From IMG/VR virus record IMGVR_UViG_3300037067_013349: a DNA stretch of 64,000 bases, one strand, 5' to 3'. Source of the stretch: an uncultured virus (IMG/VR IMGVR_UViG_3300037067_013349). Taxonomy: Duplodnaviria > Heunggongvirae > Uroviricota > Caudoviricetes. Shown here one piece after another: positions 1 through 9,677 of the stretch. A program made the translations under genes and the position numbers. Numbering within the stretch: the first letter of the stretch is position 1; each line of letters begins with the position of its first letter. The notes under the pieces were generated by a model. That model searched no databases. It had not been told where the DNA came from and saw nothing but the letters and a program-made list of their open reading frames with translations.

Positions 1-636
1 TTTAATTGGCTGCAAGAAGGCGAAAGGGTTGTTGGAGAGTGGCTTGCCTTGGCACATGGCACAAGATATAAGCTATGGCATGAACCCTTTGTGCCGTTTG
101 ATATAATGAAGTGGAGAAAGAAAGTAGATCAAAGGGCTACTTTTGATGAATTTTGTGACCGCATAGCCGAGACTCGTTTGGTTACTCCATTTGTTGTTTC
201 AATTGGAGCACCGATATCAACAGAATTCGCTATAAAGTCTGCACAAGAAAGAAATTATCATGATGCCATAGATCCAGTTGAAGGTGTTGTATATCGAGTT
301 GAGCACTTGGGGCGTGTTGAATTCCTTGCAAAATTTGTCATATCTGAGAAAATAGATGGCAAATACTTTGTCGAAAATTATGGTGAGAGTGTTTGGAATT
401 GGACACCAGATCACAAGGATTCAATCATGTTTCAGGGAACAATTGCAGAATTGCTAAATCATATCGGCAAAACAAGAAACATATCTGAAGGCCGACGTGT
501 TGTCGTTCAAGGTGCAATCAAAATCAACAATGAGACCGTCGATGATTTGACTCAGATGTTTGATTTTAAACTGTCAGATCGAATACAGATAGGCAATCAA
601 CCACCTTTCTTCCTCAGAGATTTAGGAGATTGTTGA
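1..636 (+). CDS. RNA ligase family protein (5' partial) with C-terminal S4-like domain
   Basis: Frame open from base 1; VGEWL, FVPFDI, EGVVYR and LAKFV nucleotidyltransferase motifs; C-terminus SEGRRVVVQGAIKINNE resembles S4. Confidence 0.75.
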   Translation, partial: FNWLQEGERVVGEWLALAHGTRYKLWHEPFVPFDIMKWRKKVDQRATFDEFCDRIAETRLVTPFVVSIGAPISTEFAIKSAQERNYHDAIDPVEGVVYRVEHLGRVEFLAKFVISEKIDGKYFVENYGESVWNWTPDHKDSIMFQGTIAELLNHIGKTRNISEGRRVVVQGAIKINNETVDDLTQMFDFKLSDRIQIGNQPPFFLRDLGDC

Positions 637-1043
637 TGCGATTTTTATTATTAGTAGCTGTCTTACTGGCAACCCCAACATCGGATGAGACATATGAAGC
701 AGTTCGCCAAAAGGCTATCGAAACTGAAAAGCCGATTGTTGTTATGGTAAGCACAGAATGGTGTCCGCCATGTAAAGTAATGAAGAAAACTATCTTACCT
801 AAAGTTGCTGAACATGGTTATTTTGAAAAAGTCATGTTCGCTACGGTCAATCCTGACAAGCAAAAAGAATTAGCACAGTTGATAACAGGTGGCGGGGCAA
901 TTCCACAGCTTATTATGTTTCGTAAATCATCTAAAGGCGGTTGGTTACGAAAGAAAATTATCGGACAGCAAACGGTAGAAACTGTTGAAGAATTCATAAA
1001 TCAAGGTCTTTGGGAAGACGCTAAAGAAAAGAATGACAGTTAG
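630..1043 (+). CDS. Secreted thioredoxin-family protein
   Basis: Signal peptide, WCPPC motif, cis-Pro IPQL. Confidence 0.85.
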   Translation: MLMRFLLLVAVLLATPTSDETYEAVRQKAIETEKPIVVMVSTEWCPPCKVMKKTILPKVAEHGYFEKVMFATVNPDKQKELAQLITGGGAIPQLIMFRKSSKGGWLRKKIIGQQTVETVEEFINQGLWEDAKEKNDS

Positions 1044-1209
1044 ACATATTTGTACTGCAGAAAATCCGTGGGATGAAGACAGAGGCCCCGCCATTCATCC
1101 TGACGCTCAGCCGTGCGGTGAGCAAAAAGACGGCTGGCCGAGTGGTGATATTCAAGGTTATAAATGCCCTCATTGTGGCAAATACTTTGAAGTCGAGCTA
1201 CCGCAATGA
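1033..1209 (+). CDS. Small Zn-ribbon protein (58 aa, not in ORF track)
   Basis: MTVRHICTAENPW...YKCPHCGKYFEVELPQ; fills gap with overlaps at both ends. Confidence 0.7.
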   Translation: MTVRHICTAENPWDEDRGPAIHPDAQPCGEQKDGWPSGDIQGYKCPHCGKYFEVELPQ

Positions 1210-2078
1210 ACTACTGGGATATAGTGCGTCCGACTTACATTGAAAACTGGGATCGGTCTCTTCATTCTTTAAGCATCCCGTCTATAGGCATTCTATTAGA
1301 AAAGGATGCTGCCCGTAGATTAGGGTCTAACATTATCGAATATGGTGAAGAATTTTGTCAGACAAAAGCAGAGCAAGAGCATAACGCTCGTGCTTTAGAT
1401 TGGGCCGCACAATCGGCTACTGCTGGGATGCTAGACATGTCAGAGCCGCCTAACAAAATAGAACTTATAAAACCATCTCTTGCTTGCGCTGACATATCAG
1501 ACATACGAGCTAAAGTTTCAGACGCTGTAGATCGTATGCCTGATGGGGCTTTTGTTCGTTTGGGCAGTAGGTCTCCCAAGGATTCGTGGGCACTTCAAAG
1601 AGAGGGCGGTAAGATACTGCCAGGAGAAGATCCGCTACGTTTCATGTTGGACTGCTCAGAACGAATCTACGAAGATTTAATGTTAGCAATCCAACACAAT
1701 TATTATCCATGTATATGGGTTAGGCAATGGATAAATATCCCAAGATGGTCGGAATTTCGATGCTTCATGAAGCATCGAAAGCTTGTTGGTATCTCACAAT
1801 ACAACTATCTAGATAATGAAATCTTTTCTGAAATAGACGCTGGAATGTGTGAGTGGGCGATCCATGAATTCTTTAAAAGCTTTCTTAAAGCAACCGCCAT
1901 TCAAGATGTAGTTTTTGATGTATTCGTGAAGTCAAGAAAAATCGGTCCACATTCGAGAGATGTCGAAGTTAAATTGCTAGAAATTAACCCGTATTTTGAG
2001 CTCACGGACCCATGCTTGTTTTCTTGGCATGTAGAGTTTGACGGCAGCTTCCGATACAACAAACCTACTTCGCCATAG
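1206..2078 (+). CDS. Cdc123/R2K-like ATP-grasp protein
   Basis: FVRLGSRSPKD, EFRCF..RKLVGISQY, VFDV, LLEINPY, DPCLFSW. Confidence 0.8.
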   Translation: MNYWDIVRPTYIENWDRSLHSLSIPSIGILLEKDAARRLGSNIIEYGEEFCQTKAEQEHNARALDWAAQSATAGMLDMSEPPNKIELIKPSLACADISDIRAKVSDAVDRMPDGAFVRLGSRSPKDSWALQREGGKILPGEDPLRFMLDCSERIYEDLMLAIQHNYYPCIWVRQWINIPRWSEFRCFMKHRKLVGISQYNYLDNEIFSEIDAGMCEWAIHEFFKSFLKATAIQDVVFDVFVKSRKIGPHSRDVEVKLLEINPYFELTDPCLFSWHVEFDGSFRYNKPTSP

Positions 2079-2430
2079 CCTTCTTGCGACTGCGTGTTTT
2101 TGTCATCGCTTCTTCACGCCGCATTTGTTCTTCTAGAGCATCGTGCATCTTTCCAGTTTGCCTATTAAACATTCTGCGGCCTCTAGAAGCAGCATACATA
2201 AAGGCGATATCATCGTCACCATAGAAAATCTTACCCGTTTCGACAACCGCATTGTTAACGTAAACGACGGGCATAAAAGCAGGCCCTTGAATAGTGAGGA
2301 CATGATTCACAGCTAGACGGCAATAGCCCTCTATCCTAAGATCCACTTCGGCACACAGAACTATTTTGTTTAGTGTCGGCTTCTCATCTGACTTGAAATC
2401 GTTACGCCACACAGATTTAATAGGTCTCAT
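2065..2430 (-). CDS. Hypothetical protein
   Basis: GGAGG RBS and upstream promoter. Confidence 0.7.
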   Translation of the reverse strand: MRPIKSVWRNDFKSDEKPTLNKIVLCAEVDLRIEGYCRLAVNHVLTIQGPAFMPVVYVNNAVVETGKIFYGDDDIAFMYAASRGRRMFNRQTGKMHDALEEQMRREEAMTKTRSRKKAMAK

Positions 2431-2507
2431 AGCACCTCCATTAATGTGAATCTAGATAACTACCGCCCTTTAATAACCTGCACAATATGACGTAAGGGGG
2501 TATCTAC

Positions 2508-2536
2508 ATTATAGCACGAAAACAAAGATCAGTCAA
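2508..2536 (-). promoter_or_regulatory. Conserved promoter
   Basis: TTGACT-N17-TATAAT with TCGTGC extension. Confidence 0.8.
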
Positions 2537-2548
2537 CCACTGCCTTCG

Positions 2549-2588
2549 CTACCCCCTCCGATGTTGATTAGTCGGAGGGGGTAGTTTT
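2549..2588 (+). terminator. Hairpin/terminator between divergent promoters
   Basis: 13-bp stem CTACCCCCTCCGA/TCGGAGGGGGTAG followed by TTTT. Confidence 0.7.
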
Positions 2589-2602
2589 ATTGTGTATTTT
2601 AG

Positions 2603-2631
2603 TTAAATAAATATTGCAGTCGTGCTATAAA
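2603..2631 (+). promoter_or_regulatory. Conserved promoter
   Basis: TTAAAT-N17-TATAAA, GTCGTGC extension. Confidence 0.75.
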
Positions 2632-2673
2632 ACAGTAACGCGATACGCAACACCTAAGGATTGTGAGGGCATA

Positions 2674-3357
2674 ATGTGCGAACCTTGTCATAGTATTGTT
2701 CAGTATCCGAATAACGACGATGACGACCGCTCGTCTGGTACTCCCGTCGAGCAGCATGTATCCAGGATTGGTGAATGGTTTCGGAAAATCGGAAGATGGT
2801 TACATTTATCCAAAATGGGTAATGGCCATAGCGAAGCCATCAAAATCGCTAAATTTGAAACCGAATTGTGGTTGCCAACACCGACATACTATGAGGTCGA
2901 TTGGTGGCGTCGATATGTGCATCTTGATGGTGGCTTCCGAAGCTATTTCGGACGCATCGGCAGAAACGCATTAGATATGTATAGTGCAGAAAATCTGGCC
3001 GCAAACCGTAATCTCCGAGCAGTTTTACAAGAAGAGGCTCTGGATGCTGCGAAGCAATATGCCAATGCCTGCTCCATTGGTAACATGACAACGTTCCGCC
3101 GATTCTTAACGGCCTCGTTGCAGAAGACGCAAACGCCACTAAAATATGTCCAACGCTTCGAGTTGATGTTGACACGTGCAGGGCGAGATTTGCTTGCCAA
3201 GAAAATGAAGCACTTTCAACTGACCCGGTGTGTAAGCACAGAAGCTGTTGGACGTCTGACTAAAGGTTTACTGTGGTTCACGCGTAAGCGTGAGTTACTG
3301 ATTCCAGAATGGGCTGATGACAAAGGTTTGTGGGTGCCAGAGAAGCCTTATTGGTAG
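2674..3357 (+). CDS. Hypothetical protein
   Basis: Long ORF after promoter, GAGG before ATG 2674. Confidence 0.7.
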   Translation: MCEPCHSIVQYPNNDDDDRSSGTPVEQHVSRIGEWFRKIGRWLHLSKMGNGHSEAIKIAKFETELWLPTPTYYEVDWWRRYVHLDGGFRSYFGRIGRNALDMYSAENLAANRNLRAVLQEEALDAAKQYANACSIGNMTTFRRFLTASLQKTQTPLKYVQRFELMLTRAGRDLLAKKMKHFQLTRCVSTEAVGRLTKGLLWFTRKRELLIPEWADDKGLWVPEKPYW

Positions 3358-3360
3358 GGC

Positions 3361-3555
3361 GTCGGCATAGTCTATCCTACGGGATAGCCGATTAGCACTC
3401 GTCCTTTGCGAGGTCCATTCTACCCAATTGTTGTATCAGAAAGGAGGGACGCACAACACGGTTATATCTAATAGATGTAGTCGTGACCGGCCAGAAAAGG
3501 TCTGTGGGTTGCCCGCATAGATCAATCGTGTAGTGTAGGCTCTATTAGTGAGTCG
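3361..3555 (+). ncRNA. Putative structured RNA
   Basis: At least five adjacent hairpins with G-U pairs and a cUACGg tetraloop; no ORF. Confidence 0.4.
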
Positions 3556-3665
3556 CGAATCATTAATAAACAAACCTATGGTATTCGACATCTATAATCT
3601 GGTCCAAAAGAAAAAGTAATATATTAAAGAATGAAAAATTAAGACTAGTGCGACGATGCTTTTGA

Positions 3666-3700
3666 AACGGGGACGCGGCAAATTTAACCGCGTCCCCGTT
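3666..3700. terminator. GC-rich hairpin
   Basis: 13-bp stem AACGGGGACGCGG/CCGCGTCCCCGTT. Confidence 0.6.
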
Positions 3701-3727
3701 CACGTATTTGAAGACTAAGGAGCAACC

Positions 3728-3955
3728 ATGCCAGAACGCCGCCAAGCTGTATCGTGCGTAGGCAATAACATTATTATCCAAGCCATCAATTTGGCTACAG
3801 GGACGGCAGAGCGTAGCGGAACCGCCTTTCGTATCATGTGGATGGATAGTAGCCATCGGAGGAATACGGCTTTCTGTGACGGCATTGATAAATGCCTGGA
3901 AAGCATCAGAACGATTATCGAAGATAGGCAAAAAGAAACATGTCAGAAGTCATAG
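3728..3955 (+). CDS. Hypothetical protein
   Basis: AAGGAG RBS. Confidence 0.65.
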   Translation: MPERRQAVSCVGNNIIIQAINLATGTAERSGTAFRIMWMDSSHRRNTAFCDGIDKCLESIRTIIEDRQKETCQKS

Positions 3956-4224
3956 CGAAGCGCGTTGCCGATTTTGAACATGCCAAGGAGCCGGGTGATT
4001 TTTTCATTACCGGCAAGGAGGAGGTTCGTAGAATACAATTCTTGTGCCCATGCGGCTGCGGTTCTTTAGGTGGCATCAACATTAGTCGAACAGACCCCAA
4101 CGCTTGGACGTGGGACGGCAATGAAGACAAGCCAACGATTAGCCCCAGCGTTGCATTCCTTGATGGCTGTCGATGGCACGGATGGTTAATCAACGGTATT
4201 TTCACTACCACAGCGCCGTCTTAA
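3940..4224 (+). CDS. DUF6527-like Cys/His protein
   Basis: FLCPCGCG...WTWDG...PTISPSV...CRWHGW. Confidence 0.6.
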   Translation: MSEVIAKRVADFEHAKEPGDFFITGKEEVRRIQFLCPCGCGSLGGINISRTDPNAWTWDGNEDKPTISPSVAFLDGCRWHGWLINGIFTTTAPS

Positions 4225-4371
4225 TGGTCATACAAGTTCAGCCTTGTTCTCACGGACCGCATATTTGGTGGCCAGCAGTTATGTGGTGCCAAGACGGGCA
4301 TTATATCGATTTCTTAAGACTAGAAAAAACGCACGTCTTGGCAAAATCGAACATCTATTACTTTGAGAAGA

Positions 4372-4716
4372 TTAGATGATACGCTCAATAAACTGAATAC
4401 AATTGCCTAATGCACTTGGTATTGGTATGCTATTTGGTACGAATGTATTAACTACCTTTTCAACCACTGACACTGGAATAATGTTTGGCTCACCGGCTGT
4501 ATTGCCGATCGACACTTGGTAGTAGTGCGTTGTACAGACAACTGTTCTAGTTAATGTGACGAATATTTCATAGCCATCAACTACAATCTTACGTTGAAAC
4601 TGTAAGATGAATTCTCGTAGTTGATGCGGTGTCATAGTCTTCATAACACGATCTGGATAGAACAACACTGCGTCTGCTTTTATGCGCATTTCTTGGGCTA
4701 TATCATTAATATCCAC
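4372..4716 (-). CDS. Hypothetical protein
   Basis: ORF coupled to upstream gene. Confidence 0.6.
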   Translation of the reverse strand: MDINDIAQEMRIKADAVLFYPDRVMKTMTPHQLREFILQFQRKIVVDGYEIFVTLTRTVVCTTHYYQVSIGNTAGEPNIIPVSVVEKVVNTFVPNSIPIPSALGNCIQFIERII

Positions 4717-5110
4717 GATAATTCTCTAGCAGTTGATCAATTAGAAAAGAAAGGCTGTTGCCATCACCAACATCATCACGGATATCTGATAGGATTCTCT
4801 CAATATCTATATCTTCCATCAGTTCCAATGTTTCATCGGGGCTGAGGAATTCTCCGCTATCTCCGCCCGGCTCATTGTCCTCAGGAGAGCCAAATAGACG
4901 TCTAGCTCTAAATATTACCGGAGCCACCCAAAGTTCCGAAATAAATGGAATTCCGAACGATCTGGCATCTATTTTAGTAGCGAATCTGGAAACAATTGGA
5001 GGAAAATTGTCGGAATTATTAGTACCGACAAATGATAAGATAATTTCTATATAGCCCCCATCATCGCATACTAGGATTGGTATCATAGATTGCGCTAACG
5101 AATCGAACAT
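4706..5110 (-). CDS. Hypothetical protein, paralog of 6535-6927
   Basis: Shared IPIL..LSFVG..D.FPP and YRG[YF] end. Confidence 0.75.
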   Translation of the reverse strand: MFDSLAQSMIPILVCDDGGYIEIILSFVGTNNSDNFPPIVSRFATKIDARSFGIPFISELWVAPVIFRARRLFGSPEDNEPGGDSGEFLSPDETLELMEDIDIERILSDIRDDVGDGNSLSFLIDQLLENYRGY

Positions 5111-5130
5111 GCTCTCCCCTAACTATATTG

Positions 5131-5550
5131 TTAATGTATGTGCAACTCAGATCTGATTCGCATAATTAACTGACCTAACTTATTTTCACCTACTCCGTTG
5201 CAAACTCCCCAATACGTATCACCCCACGTATTTCCCTCTATAATTTCAGAATTTCCGGTTGCGAGCAATAGTGCTTTTAGATCTCTCTGTCCAAACTTCT
5301 CCCTAAGCAAATCCTCCATTATTCTAAGTTTTATGTCGCTCCATCCTACTCTCAATTGCAATTTACTTCCTCTCCTCTTCGCCTTGCCAGCCGACAGCTT
5401 AGATATTTCTATCCTTTCTTGCAAATTGAGCGATTTCGCAGCCTGATATGCGTTTTCAACAGACGGATATACTATGGCTTCATATTTTATCCTGCACGGA
5501 TAAAAATTGGATAGAAATCGAAATTCATCAGAGAAACTAGAAATAATCAT
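5131..5550 (-). CDS. NADAR (YbiA-like) ADP-ribosyl hydrolase
   Basis: FLSNFY, YPSVENAYQAAK, LLATG, WGDTYWG, GENKLG. Confidence 0.92.
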   Translation of the reverse strand: MIISSFSDEFRFLSNFYPCRIKYEAIVYPSVENAYQAAKSLNLQERIEISKLSAGKAKRRGSKLQLRVGWSDIKLRIMEDLLREKFGQRDLKALLLATGNSEIIEGNTWGDTYWGVCNGVGENKLGQLIMRIRSELHIH

Positions 5551-5596
5551 GTTTTTATTGTAACGTCCCAAGTATTATAATACTAGGAGGACTATT

Positions 5597-5833
5597 ATGA
5601 GAAGGACATTCAAAGCAGGTGATAAAGTAGAATATATTGCTGGCCATGATAAATCATATATAGCTATCGTCACTGGAATACCAGATAACCCATGGCATCG
5701 CGGTTGCCCATTGCCTATTCTTTCTCTTACTTTCCAAAAAGAAAGCGGAGAGATCGTATTTGAAGAAAGAGTGCTGCCCATTTCAGTATCAGAATTTAAT
5801 TATCATGTCTACAGAGAGATAGGTAAGCGATGA
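5597..5833 (+). CDS. Hypothetical SH3/KOW-like protein
   Basis: AGGAGG RBS; FKAGDKVEY. Confidence 0.6.
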   Translation: MRRTFKAGDKVEYIAGHDKSYIAIVTGIPDNPWHRGCPLPILSLTFQKESGEIVFEERVLPISVSEFNYHVYREIGKR

Positions 5834-6285
5834 AAGAGCATGTGAGGCAACCGCCAGAAATAAAAACCTCTCAGCTGAAGTATATGGAAGGCGAAGATTC
5901 TACCAATTCTGTCGCAGTGGTTAATGGAGAGACAATAAGGATGTTGGTTACTGGTGGTAGAGATTATAATAATCGAGAAGAACTTTATCAGGTGCTAGAT
6001 AGTATTCATATTGAAAAACATATTGATGTGATCATTCACGGTGCAGCACGTGGAGCAGACATTCTGGCAGGCGATTGGGCGAGAGAACGTGGCGTAGAGG
6101 TCATTGCATGCCCTGCTGATTGGACGCACCATGGCAAAAATGCTGGACCGATTCGCAACAGACAAATGATTAAGCATGAGCCACATTTTGTTGTAGCATT
6201 CCCCGGCGGCCGTGGGACTGCAGACATGTTAAATGTGGCTAGAAAAGCTGGAATAGAAGTAATCATAAAAGTAGAACCAAGTTAA
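5830..6285 (+). CDS. YspA-like SLOG (DUF2493) protein
   Basis: LVTGGRDY, IIHGAARGAD, AGPIRNRQM, AFPGGRGT. Confidence 0.9.
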   Translation: MKEHVRQPPEIKTSQLKYMEGEDSTNSVAVVNGETIRMLVTGGRDYNNREELYQVLDSIHIEKHIDVIIHGAARGADILAGDWARERGVEVIACPADWTHHGKNAGPIRNRQMIKHEPHFVVAFPGGRGTADMLNVARKAGIEVIIKVEPS

Positions 6286-6313
6286 CGATCTGCTCTGTCT
6301 GCACTATACAGAT

Positions 6314-6538
6314 ATGGAGGCTGATATGGAGATTCCAGGCGTATTAGAAATAGATCACAATCGCGGTGTCATTTACTTTCATACTGATAACGCTGCCGCC
6401 ATTGAGAAATATAGAACAACTCTTGTCCTTCGCATTTGCGGACTTGGTACATTGCCAGATAGCGGTATCGATATCACGTTGCGACCGAGCGATCAGCTTA
6501 ATTCTGGTATAAGCGCTCTTGTATCTGCAATGAGCTAA
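6314..6538 (+). CDS. Hypothetical protein
   Basis: ORF with GGAGG RBS. Confidence 0.6.
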   Translation: MEADMEIPGVLEIDHNRGVIYFHTDNAAAIEKYRTTLVLRICGLGTLPDSGIDITLRPSDQLNSGISALVSAMS

Positions 6539-6927
6539 AATCCGCGATATTTCTTCAAAAATGCATCTATGGCTCTTGCTGTTTGGCAATCGTCATCGAT
6601 ACGATTTCTAAATTCAGCTAAAAACTCCGGAATATCAACTGCACTAGCAAGTTCTTGAGCAAATGAAAGAGAAATTGGAATACCGCCCTCTCCAGCCGGA
6701 ATGTTATCTTGTAATGGCCCCAATATTTCGCGTGCGCCAACTATTGCCGGGACAACCCAGGAACCATCCAGCTCTGCTACAAAATCATGCATATTGGGAG
6801 GGAAATCGTCAATATTCTTCGCCCCTACAAACGACAACAATAGCTCGTAGTTGCCTTTGCTCGTCCCAATAAGAATGGGTATCGAGTTACTGCTGTTAAT
6901 ACCAGGGACTCGTGAATTCATCTTCAA
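6535..6927 (-). CDS. Hypothetical protein, paralog of 4706-5110
   Basis: Sequence similarity to 4706-5110. Confidence 0.75.
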   Translation of the reverse strand: MKMNSRVPGINSSNSIPILIGTSKGNYELLLSFVGAKNIDDFPPNMHDFVAELDGSWVVPAIVGAREILGPLQDNIPAGEGGIPISLSFAQELASAVDIPEFLAEFRNRIDDDCQTARAIDAFLKKYRGF

Positions 6928-7001
6928 TCCTTATAGTATTTTAACCACGTAGTTATATTAGCAGCGTACCCATTATTGATTAACCCAAAATTGAAATACA
7001 A

Positions 7002-7241
7002 ATGTTCCAATTAACCGACAACCAACGAGAAAAAGTGTGTACTTGGTCTGCTGAGCAGGATAAAAAAGTCATTGAGCAGCAAAAAGGAACGGGTCTTGAG
7101 CACCCAGGGATGCCCTACTACGGAGCAAGCGGCGGTGCTTTGACTTATAGTTTTACCCCCACCAGTCTGGGGATGATCCTAAAAGTTGAACACAATCTCA
7201 CTCACGAAACTATCGATTTAACCGAATACTCTTATTGGTAG
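7002..7241 (+). CDS. Hypothetical phage protein
   Basis: YYGASGGALTYSFTPTSLG motif, common in large phages. Confidence 0.7.
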   Translation: MFQLTDNQREKVCTWSAEQDKKVIEQQKGTGLEHPGMPYYGASGGALTYSFTPTSLGMILKVEHNLTHETIDLTEYSYW

Positions 7242-7324
7242 CTCTTTCAGCACGATTAATAGCCATATATTTTCATGCTAAAAAGATAATGCCCTATTAC
7301 TCTTGAACAATCGTATGATTATAT

Positions 7325-7690
7325 ATGGTAGAAATCACTTGCATAATTAGCGACAGCTTACAGAATTTGGATGAAAAATGGACGCCAGTCATCGACGAAC
7401 TAGTCCAGAGGTCCATGAGAGTCGTTGATATGTCTGGTCGGCTTGTTGGTGACAATCTGACTATGCCAGACTGTACCGACTTGTTCGCTTTTGCTAGCCG
7501 AATCGTATGCAATGGCGAGCTTCGCAGGCTCTATTGTATCCTTTCGCAGCCTCCTGACCAGCCCATAACTGCATATGTATGCACAGAAGAAGAGGCAGAC
7601 GCTCTTGGTATCAATTTACCGCAATCTGGAGTGACCAACGAAACTATCAATAACGTGCTGGGCCAGATCAAGAACGCAGGTAATAATTAG
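7325..7690 (+). CDS. Hypothetical protein
   Basis: ORF. Confidence 0.6.
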   Translation: MVEITCIISDSLQNLDEKWTPVIDELVQRSMRVVDMSGRLVGDNLTMPDCTDLFAFASRIVCNGELRRLYCILSQPPDQPITAYVCTEEEADALGINLPQSGVTNETINNVLGQIKNAGNN

Positions 7691-7705
7691 CGCCGATATA
7701 ATGTC

Positions 7706-8197
7706 GTGCTACAAAAGAGTATGCACGACATTATAACAGAAATCGATTGTCATATCTCACGAATTGGCGACAGACCCGGCCTATGCCTACACTACGCTAA
7801 AGAGGCTATAGCTATTCTAACTCGCCATGGTTATAGGGCAGTTATTCAAGCTGGCTCGTTACAATGGCCATGTTTATGCCCTGAAGATGACGACGGCATC
7901 GTAGCTACCCATTTTGCCTATATGTGGGACCCTACAAGTCCCATCAACACCTTTTCCTTGGCCCTTGGAAACCTTCCGGAAATGCACTGTTGGGTTGGGC
8001 TATTAGACCAGCAGGAAATCGTCGATTTCAGCGTACGCCATTTGAAAGAGGCGGCAGCTATACGCGGAGTCAGATGGACAGCCGAAGATCCTCCAAGCCA
8101 CCTTTGGTGCCCCGTAGACAAGATACCCGATGACGTCCGATATATCCCAGATATGAAGGCGTCAATATTCGCCCACATGCTATTGGAGTCATTATGA
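7706..8197 (+). CDS. Hypothetical protein, possible transglutaminase-like triad
   Basis: GLC...HCWV...IVDF spacing. Confidence 0.5.
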   Translation: MLQKSMHDIITEIDCHISRIGDRPGLCLHYAKEAIAILTRHGYRAVIQAGSLQWPCLCPEDDDGIVATHFAYMWDPTSPINTFSLALGNLPEMHCWVGLLDQQEIVDFSVRHLKEAAAIRGVRWTAEDPPSHLWCPVDKIPDDVRYIPDMKASIFAHMLLESL

Positions 8198-8343
8198 AAA
8201 GAAGCGAAGCAATTAGCCAAATCGTCGCAATCGTCGAGAAGGCCGTCCAAGATGCCTTTTGTGACAACGATGTGAACATGCGGCCAGCCGCTGAGAAGAT
8301 CCTTTCCATTCTGCCGGTCAAATTCGACGACGAATAGATTTAA

Positions 8344-9072
8344 CTAGAAGTGTTCTTTCAGCGTCCTATATAAGGTCTGCATATATCTTCTATACTGCTT
8401 CCTGTTGCGGAACAAAGTGTATTCAAGGTCATATTTTGGCATTAGCGACTTTATAGCCTCTTGCATCTCTTCCCGCGATAACCCCTCCTGCTTCATCTCC
8501 GACAATCTTCTCAATGCCATGCTACCAAGTATTGCATCAGTCTCAGTCGGCAATTCGGAATATCCCATCGACTGATTTTCTATTGCCTGTTTATAGCGAT
8601 TCTTATATGCCTCTTTAGCCTTACTAGATGCTCGATGTGTCGTTCTAAAGCGCACATCGAAGAGATGTACTAATTCGTGAGTTATGACTTCACGCAGATG
8701 ACTTTTATCATTTATCTGTTCTCGATCCAGATAGATGATTCCAAATGGCTCAAAATCGTCGCCCCAATCACTGTCAGAATCAGGCCAGTATAGCTGCGAA
8801 GAGGAGCCTATCGTCGATTCGCCGATTTGAACGGCCAGCTTCAGCCCATCATTCCCTGTGACTAATGCTGAATCGCCCCATTCGCCCTTTATAATCGGAA
8901 TATTCGGACGCCATGGTGGCAACGGGTAGAATGGTGACAACTCCTTGCCCGTCAATAGCCAATTGTCGTAAAGTTGATCCGTGGCATCGTTAACAAACGC
9001 TACCATACTCTTGGTGAGCTTTATGCCGGATTCTGACAACAAGGAAGCTTCTGATAGGATTGATAATCTCAT
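8344..9072 (-). CDS. Putative zincin metallopeptidase-like protein
   Basis: HELVH motif and downstream ExxA (ETDA); MRLSILSE start. Confidence 0.6.
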   Translation of the reverse strand: MRLSILSEASLLSESGIKLTKSMVAFVNDATDQLYDNWLLTGKELSPFYPLPPWRPNIPIIKGEWGDSALVTGNDGLKLAVQIGESTIGSSSQLYWPDSDSDWGDDFEPFGIIYLDREQINDKSHLREVITHELVHLFDVRFRTTHRASSKAKEAYKNRYKQAIENQSMGYSELPTETDAILGSMALRRLSEMKQEGLSREEMQEAIKSLMPKYDLEYTLFRNRKQYRRYMQTLYRTLKEHF

Positions 9073-9097
9073 AGCATATATTCGACTGAATTGGCAG

Positions 9098-9126
9098 TTA
9101 ATAATCTTCTACCGTCGTGCTATAAA
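9098..9126 (+). promoter_or_regulatory. Conserved promoter
   Basis: TTAATA-N17-TATAAA, GTCGTGC. Confidence 0.8.
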
Positions 9127-9132
9127 AGCTAT

Positions 9133-9411
9133 ATGCTAATCAATGATTTAGCAGAAGAACTATGGAAGCGGACGAAGCAAAGCCCGGTGGACCAGTGGAT
9201 TAAGATCGAGGGCGAAAAGATCAAGATCCATCTTGAACGCCGCTTTTGCCATTTTGGGTGCCATATCCAATTCGTATTCTGGGCAATAGGACCCTGGCCA
9301 CTCGTTCGTCGGCTCCGTAAAGTCTTCCTACCAAACGGCATCATGTATCCTGGTGAGAATGGCGAACTTATTCAGTTCGTCCAGGAGTTTTATACTGGAA
9401 AGAAAGCTTAA
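9133..9411 (+). CDS. Hypothetical protein (possibly leaderless)
   Basis: ATG 6 nt after -10. Confidence 0.6.
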   Translation: MLINDLAEELWKRTKQSPVDQWIKIEGEKIKIHLERRFCHFGCHIQFVFWAIGPWPLVRRLRKVFLPNGIMYPGENGELIQFVQEFYTGKKA

Positions 9412-9412
9412 T

Positions 9413-9664
9413 ATGTTCAAAATCACCAAGAACTCTGAGTTGAAGGTCCCGCCACTTACCCCCGAAGAGCGTCTGTGGGTTTATCGGCTGAAACGATGTC
9501 TAGAGGCGTGCCCCAAGCGTCTCGAACTTCTGACTATGGGAGATCAGCTAGACGTTGTGGATCGCACTGGCGCATCCAATAGCGAACTACATAGCGGTGC
9601 GGCAGCGCGAGACGGCATTGTTTTGGCGAACATGCCTGGACCTAAATGTCGTGGCGTCTGCTAG
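9413..9664 (+). CDS. Hypothetical protein
   Basis: ORF. Confidence 0.6.
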   Translation: MFKITKNSELKVPPLTPEERLWVYRLKRCLEACPKRLELLTMGDQLDVVDRTGASNSELHSGAAARDGIVLANMPGPKCRGVC

Positions 9665-9677
9665 CTAGGGGCTTCCA

